Source: an uncultured bacterium | GTDB lineage: Bacteria > Methylomirabilota > Methylomirabilia > Rokubacteriales > CSP1-6 | DNA length: 12,642 nt | Assembly: GCA_964419375.1 (NCBI GenBank) | Contig: CAYQQT010000049.1 | Span: forward strand, 1-12,642 | Reading direction: 5' to 3' | In this document: positions 6,857 through 12,642 of the stretch, piece by piece | Layout of the letters: each line of letters opens with the position of its first letter | Position numbering within the stretch: the stretch's first letter is position 1 | The notes under the pieces: model-generated | What the model was told of the DNA's origin: nothing | The model's input: the letters and a program-made list of their open reading frames with translations, nothing else | The model's database searches: none | Position numbers and translations under genes: made by a program

Positions 6857-7919
6857 AGGCGCTCACCGGCTTCGAGAAGCCCTTGAGCGTGAGCTCCCCC
6901 ACCGGCTCCACCTCGACGAGGTCTTCCACCGCGCCCCACAGCCGGCGCGAGATGAGGATCTCCCCCGCCTTCGCTTCGCCGCACAGCCGCGCGGCGAGAT
7001 TGGTGACGATGCCGATGGCGCCATAGTCCCAGCGGCCTTCGAAGCCGATGGCGCCGATGGTGGCATAGCCCTGGGCGATGCCCACGCCGAAGGCGAGGTC
7101 GTAGCCGCGCTTGCGCCAGCCTCCCATGAGACGCTGCACGCCCTCACGCATGGCGAGGGCCATGCGCACCGCCCGCTCCTGCGCGTTCGGCACCGGCACG
7201 GGGTCGTTGAAGAAGATCATCATGCCGTCGCCGGTGAAGCGCTCCAGCGTGCCCTCGTGCTCGAGGATGATCCGGCCCATGGCCGCGTGGTAGTCGCGCA
7301 GCACGCCCATCACCTCTTCCGGGTCGGCCGTCTCCGCGAAGGCGGTGAACCCGCGCAGGTCGAGAAAGGCCACCGTGATGTCGCGCCGGTGGCTCTTGAG
7401 CGGATCCTCGGCGTCGCCGCTGAGGATGGCTTCCGCGAGCGCGGGCGAGAAGAACCGCTTGAGACGGCCCAGCCGCTCCAGCTGCGTCACCTGCTCCTGC
7501 ACGCGCCGCTCGAGGGTCCCGTTGAGGTCGGCGAGCCGGTCCCACAGCTCCTTGACCCGCAGCAGCGAGCGCACGCGCGCGAGCATCTCGGGCTGGTTGA
7601 TGGGCTTGGTGAGGAAATCGTCGGCCCCCGCCTCGATGCCCTTCACGCGCTCCTGCACGGGATCGAGCGCGGTCACCATGACCACGGGGAGCATGGCGGT
7701 GGCGGGATTGTCGCGCACCTTGCGGCACACCTCGTAACCGCTGAGCCCGGGCATCATCACGTCGAGCAGCACGAGGTCGGGGCGCTCGCGCTCGATCCTC
7801 TCGAGCGCCTCCACGCCGTTGGCGGCGGTGCTCACCGTATAGCCCTTCACGGTGAGGAGATCGGCGAGGAGCTTGACGTTGACGGGCGTGTCGTCGACGA
7901 CCAGGATGCGCGCGCTCAT
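6828..7919 (-). CDS. Response regulator with C-terminal class III adenylate/guanylate cyclase (CHD) output domain
   Basis: The start is ATG at 7919 (MSARILVVDD). The receiver domain contains LLDVMMPG and GADDFLTKP. The cyclase domain contains ITVAFLDLRGFT (metal-binding Asp) and RFTGDGMMIFF. The ATG overlaps the stop codon of the upstream receiver gene (ATGA). Confidence 0.85.
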   Translation of the reverse strand: MSARILVVDDTPVNVKLLADLLTVKGYTVSTAANGVEALERIERERPDLVLLDVMMPGLSGYEVCRKVRDNPATAMLPVVMVTALDPVQERVKGIEAGADDFLTKPINQPEMLARVRSLLRVKELWDRLADLNGTLERRVQEQVTQLERLGRLKRFFSPALAEAILSGDAEDPLKSHRRDITVAFLDLRGFTAFAETADPEEVMGVLRDYHAAMGRIILEHEGTLERFTGDGMMIFFNDPVPVPNAQERAVRMALAMREGVQRLMGGWRKRGYDLAFGVGIAQGYATIGAIGFEGRWDYGAIGIVTNLAARLCGEAKAGEILISRRLWGAVEDLVEVEPVGELTLKGFSKPVSAFNVLRVKPA

Positions 7920-8293
7920 GGCCGCGGCAGGGCCGCCTGCACCGCCGCCAGGAACGCCTTCACGTTGATAGGCTTGGACTGGTAGCCGTCGAAGCCCGCC
8001 GCGAGGATCTTCGAGCGGTCCGTGCTCATGGCGGAGGCGGTGACGGCCAGGACCGGGATCGCGCGCGTGGATTCGTCGGCGCGGATCTGCGCCAGCGCTT
8101 CGATGCCGCTGATGCCCGGGAGCTGGATGTCCATGAGGATGAGCGCCGGCCGCAGCTCGCGCGCGAGCCGGACGCCCTCCTCGCCCGTCTCCGCCTCCGC
8201 GAGGCGGTAGCCCTTGAAGGCGAGCACGTCGCGGACGAGCTTGCGGTTTTTCTCGTTGTCCTCGACGATCAGGATGAGCTCGCCCGCCATCAC
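7916..8293 (-). CDS. Single-domain CheY-like response regulator (receiver only)
   Basis: The roughly 125-aa product contains ILIVEDNEKNRKL, LILMDIQLPGISG and GFDGYQSKP. Its start (GTG 8293 or ATG 8290) overlaps the kinase stop codon at 8290-8292. Confidence 0.85.
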   Translation of the reverse strand: MMAGELILIVEDNEKNRKLVRDVLAFKGYRLAEAETGEEGVRLARELRPALILMDIQLPGISGIEALAQIRADESTRAIPVLAVTASAMSTDRSKILAAGFDGYQSKPINVKAFLAAVQAALPRP

Positions 8294-10641
8294 GCCACCG
8301 GGATGGTGAAGGTGAAGGTGGATCCCTCACCCACCTGGCTCTTCACCCACATGCGGCCACCGTGCAGCTCGACGAACCGCCGCGCGAGCGCGAGGCCGAG
8401 GCCGGTGCCCTCGCGCTTCTTCGCGTAGTCGGTGCCCACCTGCCGGAACTCCTCGAAGACCGCCTCCTGATCTTCGGGGGCGATACCCACCCCGGTGTCA
8501 GTGACGGAGATCTCGGCGGCGCCGTCCACCCGCGCTGCGCGCACCTGGATGCGGCCGCCCTCGGGCGTGAACTTCACCGCGTTGGACAGCAGATTCAGGA
8601 GAACCTGCTTGATCTTGCGCTCGTCGCCGCGCACGGTGCCCAGCCGTGCGTCCACCGCCGTGGCGAGCGCGAGGCCGTGCCGCGCCGCCCGCTCGCGCAC
8701 GAGGACGAGCGCGTTGTCGATGGCCTGCGGCAGATCGAACTCCGCCGCCTCCAGCTCCATGCGCCCCGCCTCGATCTTCGACAGGTCGAGGATGTCGTTG
8801 ATGAGCGACAGCAGGTGCCGGCCCGACGACAGGATGTCGTTCAGATACTCCTCCTGCTTTTCGTTCAGCTCGCCGAACATCCGCTCCAGCAGGACCTCCG
8901 AGAAGCCGATCACCGCGTTGAGGGGCGTGCGCAGCTCGTGCGACATGTTGGCGAGGAACTGCGACTTGTGCTCGTTGGCGATCTCGAGCTGCCGCGTCTT
9001 CTCCTGCGTCTCGTTGAGAAGGCGCACGTTCTCGATGGCGATGACGGCCTGGTCGGCGAAGGTCTTCACGAGGCGAACTTGCTTGTCGCTGAAGGGCCGC
9101 ACCTCCTTGCGGTGGAAGCTGAGGGCACCGACGAGCTCGCCCTCCTTCAGCATCGGCACGGCGAGAGCGGATCGCATCCCTTCGCGCCGATAGACTTCGG
9201 GCAGCGAGAATCGGGGGTCGGTCTGGACGTCGGCGCTGTGCACTGGCGCCAGCTCGAGGCCGACCCGTCGCAACGGCGTTTCGGGGCCGGGTGGGACGAC
9301 CATCGCGCGCACTTCGTCGGCGAATGGCGCCTCCGAGCTGATGGCGGCGAGACGGAAGGCGCCGTGTTCGAACCTCCACACCGCGCCGTACGCCGCCTCG
9401 CAGAGGCGCAGTGCGTTGGCGAGAATTCGGTCGAAGACGGGCTGAACGTTGGTGGGGGAGCTGGAAATGACGCTCAGCACCTCGCCCGTCGCCGTCTGTT
9501 GCTCGAGCGCCTCGGTGAGCTCGCGCGTACGCTCGTCCACCCGTTGCTCGAGGGTGGCGTACGACTCCTGCAGCTGCTCCGTCATCTGGTTGAACTGCTC
9601 GGCGAGCACCTCGATCTCGTCGCCCGTCTTCAGCTCCAGCCGCTGCCGCAGCTCGCCGGCGCCGATCTTGGCGGCGCCTTCCTGCAGCGCGCGGATGGGC
9701 TGCACCATGCGACGGGCGAGGATCAGGCTTGCCACGATGGACATGGCGACGCCGAGCACGATGAGGATGACCGTGCGCTGAATGGAGGCGCGCAGCGTCG
9801 CGAACGCCTCCCCGAGGGGCTGTTCGGCAAACACGAACCAGCGCAGCGACGGGATGTCGGCGTGCGCGGTGAGCACGCGATGCCCCTGGAGGTCGCGCGC
9901 GATGGGCACAGCGGCGGCGCCACCGCCGCCCCTGCCGCGGAAGATCGCCGCCGTGACCTGGTCGAGAGCGGCCATGTTCGTCTTCTGCAGCACGAGGCTG
10001 ATGTCGGGATGGGCCACCAGCGCCCCCGCCCCGTCCACCACGTAGGCACGGCCGGCGGTGCCGATCTTGATGCGGGAGACCACGTCCCAGATGAACTTGA
10101 GATTCACCTCCGCCACGATGACGCCACCCCCGCCCGTCTGCGCCATCGCGATGCTCATGTACGGCTCCGACTCCTTGCGGAAGTACACCGGGCCGTAATA
10201 CGTCCGTGCCGCGCGCGCCTGCTGGAACTTGGGGTCCGTGGAGAAGTCGGTGCCGCTCCCCGCCACGTCCATCGCCAGGCGCGACACGCGCAGCTGCTCC
10301 TTGCCCGCCGCATCGAGGTAGCTGAGCTCGGTGATGGCGGGCACCTGGCGCAGGAGGCGGAGGAAGTCGACCCGTCGCTGCTCGATGGCGCCGGGCGCGG
10401 GCACGAGCTGCGGCTGCGTCGTCCAGCCGATCTGCCGCTCGATCTCCTTGACGAAGCTCTCGATCTGCGCGGCGGCGGCCGCCGCCTTCTCGCGCTGCAG
10501 GCTGACGAGCGCCGCCTGGTTCTCCTGGTAGGAGAAGTAGAGCTCGAGCGCGCCGCTCGCGAGGAGGGCGCCGCTCACCAGTCCCACGAAGACGACGACG
10601 TACTTGCGAAAGAGCCGGCCGCGCGGCATCAGCGGAGGCAT
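8290..10641 (-). CDS. Sensor histidine kinase: TM, Cache-like periplasmic domain, TM, HAMP, GAF, HisKA, HATPase_c
   Basis: The 783-aa product has two hydrophobic segments (YVVVFVGLVSGALLASGAL and VILIVLGVAMSIVASLIL) flanking about 250 aa. It then has a HAMP-like linker, a GAF-like region, the H-box SHELRTPLNAV, the N-box LLSNAVKFT, and the G-boxes DTGVGI and GTGLGLALARRFVELHGG. Confidence 0.85.
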   Translation of the reverse strand: MPPLMPRGRLFRKYVVVFVGLVSGALLASGALELYFSYQENQAALVSLQREKAAAAAAQIESFVKEIERQIGWTTQPQLVPAPGAIEQRRVDFLRLLRQVPAITELSYLDAAGKEQLRVSRLAMDVAGSGTDFSTDPKFQQARAARTYYGPVYFRKESEPYMSIAMAQTGGGGVIVAEVNLKFIWDVVSRIKIGTAGRAYVVDGAGALVAHPDISLVLQKTNMAALDQVTAAIFRGRGGGGAAAVPIARDLQGHRVLTAHADIPSLRWFVFAEQPLGEAFATLRASIQRTVILIVLGVAMSIVASLILARRMVQPIRALQEGAAKIGAGELRQRLELKTGDEIEVLAEQFNQMTEQLQESYATLEQRVDERTRELTEALEQQTATGEVLSVISSSPTNVQPVFDRILANALRLCEAAYGAVWRFEHGAFRLAAISSEAPFADEVRAMVVPPGPETPLRRVGLELAPVHSADVQTDPRFSLPEVYRREGMRSALAVPMLKEGELVGALSFHRKEVRPFSDKQVRLVKTFADQAVIAIENVRLLNETQEKTRQLEIANEHKSQFLANMSHELRTPLNAVIGFSEVLLERMFGELNEKQEEYLNDILSSGRHLLSLINDILDLSKIEAGRMELEAAEFDLPQAIDNALVLVRERAARHGLALATAVDARLGTVRGDERKIKQVLLNLLSNAVKFTPEGGRIQVRAARVDGAAEISVTDTGVGIAPEDQEAVFEEFRQVGTDYAKKREGTGLGLALARRFVELHGGRMWVKSQVGEGSTFTFTIPVA

Positions 10642-10669
10642 GACCGCATTCTAGCCGGAATCAGCGGCA

Positions 10670-11152
10670 TCACTCCGCTTCGCCGAGCACCCGGTCGATG
10701 GCCTTCTCCAGGCAGCGCTTGATCTCGTCGCGGCAGGCGCGGAAGGTGTCCTCGCCCTGCCCCGCGGGGTCGCCGATGTCCCCCGCCTCGCCCGCGAGCT
10801 CGCGCAGCGTGACGACGGTGGGCGCGCCCGCCGCCGCCAGCTCGCCCACGATGCGCTTCTGCTCCACCGTCATGGTCACGATGAGGTCGGCGCCCGTAAT
10901 GAGGTCGGGGTGAGCCCGGAGCGCGGTGGAGACGACCGCATCCTCGGCCACGAGGAGACCGTCCTCCTTGAGCGCCAAACGCGCGTCGAGGGAGGCGATC
11001 ATGCCGTCACGCGCCCACGGCGCCACCCCCGCCGAGCGCACGCGCACGCGATCGCCGGCGCCGCGCGCGGCGAGCATGCGGTCGAGGAGCAGCTGCGCCA
11101 TCACGCTGCGGGCGGTGTTGGCGTGGCACACGAACAGCAGCGCTTTAGCCAC
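10670..11152 (-). CDS. Low-molecular-weight protein tyrosine phosphatase / ArsC-like (CX5R) family protein
   Basis: The start is GTG at 11152 (VAKALLFVCHANTARS), giving the P-loop C-X5-R-S. A DP-loop (IGDPAG) and a C-terminal C-X6-C pair (CRDEIKRC) follow. The GTG overlaps the 3' end of the upstream thioredoxin-fold gene by 8 nt. Confidence 0.8.
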   Translation of the reverse strand: MAKALLFVCHANTARSVMAQLLLDRMLAARGAGDRVRVRSAGVAPWARDGMIASLDARLALKEDGLLVAEDAVVSTALRAHPDLITGADLIVTMTVEQKRIVGELAAAGAPTVVTLRELAGEAGDIGDPAGQGEDTFRACRDEIKRCLEKAIDRVLGEAE

Positions 11153-12188
11153 GCGTGTCCGGCAGCGGCTTGTAGTACGGCTGGCCGCCGCCCACCCACG
11201 CCGCCAGCATCTCGCGGAACTGCGGGCCCATGGGATCGATGCCGCGCATGGGCATGCTGCCGCGCCGGATGGTGAAGTCATGCGGGGCCAGCTCGCCCGC
11301 CTTCACGAAATGGCGCTCGGCGGCGGCCTTCCTCGACTGCTGGAAGAGCCACTCCGCGAGCCCGAACTCGGCGCGCGCCTGCTGATCGGACGCGGTGGGG
11401 ACGGGCAGCAGCGCGCGCGCCTCCTTGGGCGCGAAGCCCCCGCCCTCCCCGCGCACCCACCTGCGGAGCGCGTTGAGATGGATCTCCGCGGTGAGACCCG
11501 TGATCTGCTTGTAGGTGTCGGTGCCGAAAGCGACGTCGTGGGGCCGCACGATGCGTCCCTTCTCGTCGATCCACAGCACGGTGGGAACGTTGACGATGTT
11601 GTAGAGCTCGGCGAGCGCGTGGCGCGTGTCGATCAGCGACGGGTGCGCGGGGCGCGCCGCCTCGATCCACGGCCGCGCGTCCTCCGCGCTCTTGTCGAGG
11701 GCGACCGTGATCACGGTGAAGCCGAAGCCCTTCAGCTCCTCGTACATGGCCTGCCACACCGGCAGGTCGAGGCGGCACCCTCACCAGGAGGCGTAAGCGA
11801 CGAGCAGCACCTTCTTGCCGCGATGCTCGGAGAGCGAGTGCAGCCGCCCCGCGAGATCGGGCAGCGTGAAGTCCGGCGCTTCCAGCGACCCCAGCGCCTG
11901 CGCGCGCTCGTGCGCGGACACGCCCAGGTACGCCGCCGACTCCGCCACGTCGAGCGCGAGCGGCCGGTCCAGGGCGGCCGCCAGCGCGGCGAGATCGATG
12001 CCGCGCTCGTCGGCGAGCGCGGCGGCATCCGCCACCGGCACGCACATGCTGTCGCTGCAGAGCTGGCCGCCGTGAAACTCCCAGCCGAGCGCGGTGTGCA
12101 CCGCCTCCGCGGGCACGCGCACGCGCCCGCCATCGATGGTGGCGGGCACCACCACCGCGCGTCCCTCGTCGAGAATGGTGAAGGTCAT
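11145..12188 (-). CDS. Candidate selenoprotein: cytoplasmic TlpA/ResA-type thioredoxin-fold thiol-disulfide oxidoreductase with in-frame UGA (Sec) in the redox motif and N- and C-terminal extensions
   Basis: The two ORF-track entries 11781..12188 and 11145..11759 are in the same frame and separated only by TGA 11781-11783. Third-position GC is high on both sides. The sequence around the TGA reads GKKVLLVAYASW-[TGA]-GCRLDLPVWQAMYEELKGFGFTVITV, and VPTVLWIDEKGRIV follows later, matching the TlpA/ResA pattern (FWASW-CxxC-K...P...Y...G...V..V). A SECIS-like hairpin starts 9 nt after the TGA. The start is ATG at 12188, 2 nt after the NUDIX stop codon. Confidence 0.7.
11738..11772 (-). promoter_or_regulatory. 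Bacterial SECIS-like stem-loop immediately 3' of the in-frame UGA
   Basis: The mRNA reads UGA GGGUGCCG [CCUCG] A [CCUGCC] GGUGU [GGCAGG] CCAUGUA [CGAGG]. The upper stem is 6 bp (11766-11761 with 11755-11750), with a 5-nt apical loop GGUGU 21-25 nt after the UGA. The lower stem is 5 bp (11772-11768 with 11742-11738), with an asymmetric internal loop between the stems. Confidence 0.5.
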
Positions 12189-12190
12189 GC

Positions 12191-12642
12191 TTACCCCCAG
12201 GCCCAGACGGGCTGCTCGAAGTGGTCGACACGCGTGGGACGGCCGTGGAGCACGACCTCCCGGAGCTGGAAGATCACGGCCGCGGTGGGCGCGTGCACGA
12301 GCGTGGACAGGATCGGCACCTGGATGACGGGCCGGTCGCTCTCGGGAATGCTGATGAGCCGCGGCACGTCGGGATGGTCGAGGTCGCTCACGGGCACGCG
12401 GAAGACGGCGGCCACCTCCTCGGGATTGGGTGTGAGCTCCACCGGCTCATCGCCACCCGCCCACACCACCACCGGCGTGATGATATAGCCCGAGCGCGTG
12501 CCGTAGTCGTCGAGCACGCCGAGGACCGCGCCCTCGTCGAGGGCGAGGCCGAGCTCCTCGTGCAGCTCGCGGAGGGCGGCGCGCTCGGCCGTCTCCCCCG
12601 CGTCGATGCGGCCGCCCGGCAGCGCCCACTGGCGCGCGTGCG
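12191..12642 (-). CDS. NUDIX hydrolase (5'-partial; start lies beyond the window)
   Basis: A canonical Nudix box, [24 protein letters not shown] (GX5EX7REUXEEXGU), is encoded at about 12540-12610. It lies in frame with, and upstream of, the GTG at 12517 that the ORF track lists as the start. The stop codon is TAA at 12191-12193. Confidence 0.8.
   Translation of the reverse strand, partial: HARQWALPGGRIDAGETAERAALRELHEELGLALDEGAVLGVLDDYGTRSGYIITPVVVWAGGDEPVELTPNPEEVAAVFRVPVSDLDHPDVPRLISIPESDRPVIQVPILSTLVHAPTAAVIFQLREVVLHGRPTRVDHFEQPVWAWG

Noticed and set aside
8362-10722. 786-aa + strand ORF antisense to the histidine kinase gene
   Set aside because: It is a shadow frame of a high-GC gene. 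The translation is Arg/Leu/Gly/Asp-rich with no motifs, whereas the minus strand encodes a complete and well-recognised kinase.
10926-12488. 520-aa + strand ORF
   Set aside because: It is antisense to the thioredoxin-like, PTP and NUDIX genes, with an Arg/Ala/Gly-rich translation. The 317-aa minus-strand ORF 11278..12231 is likewise an off-frame shadow.
12515-12517. GTG at 12517 as the NUDIX start
   Set aside because: The Nudix box ([24 protein letters not shown]) is encoded upstream of it in the same frame, so the gene begins beyond the window edge.
1-12642. Mobile elements, CRISPR arrays, tRNA or rRNA genes
   Set aside because: I found no repeat-spacer periodicity, no transposase, integrase or recombinase motifs, no long inverted or direct repeats, and no tRNA-like cloverleaf candidates on either strand.

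Overview
This is a very GC-rich window (about 73-75% GC, strong G/C bias at codon third positions), the style of a myxobacterial or deltaproteobacterial chromosome such as Anaeromyxobacter. The host assignment is inference from composition only. Because the GC content is so high, every frame is open, and most ORFs in the supplied track are shadow frames. I separated real from spurious genes by third-position GC, recognisable protein motifs, and start/stop geometry.

I call about 15 genes:
- a 5'-partial gene with HxxxD...HxH zinc-peptidase-like motifs at the left edge
- an M20 peptidase followed by a GNAT/SSAT-like acetyltransferase (+ strand)
- a three-gene minus-strand module: a YdjI-like SPFH/band-7 protein (frameshifted near its 3' end), a polytopic membrane protein, and a single-pass membrane protein with a tandem Ala/Glu/Pro-rich repeat
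- a lysine/alanine-rich histone-H1-like small protein with a leaderless-type promoter (+)
- a small secreted protein carrying only the terminal motifs of an endonuclease/exonuclease/phosphatase (EEP) fold (+)
- a lipoprotein (+)
- a long minus-strand gene chain: NUDIX (partial), a thioredoxin-fold protein with an in-frame TGA, an LMW-PTP/ArsC-like phosphatase, a Cache/HAMP/GAF sensor kinase, a CheY-like receiver, and a receiver-cyclase (class III nucleotidyl cyclase)

The most interesting signal is a strong candidate selenoprotein. A single in-frame TGA (11781-11783) sits exactly at the redox-motif position of a TlpA/ResA-type thioredoxin fold. Coding signal continues on both sides, and a textbook bacterial SECIS-like hairpin starts 9 nt downstream. 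This gene overlaps the LMW-PTP gene by 8 nt, which is followed by the two-component and cyclase genes. Together they suggest a selenium-dependent redox-to-phosphosignalling-to-cyclic-nucleotide module that, as far as I know, has not been described.

I saw no rRNA, tRNA, CRISPR, IS elements or integrases.
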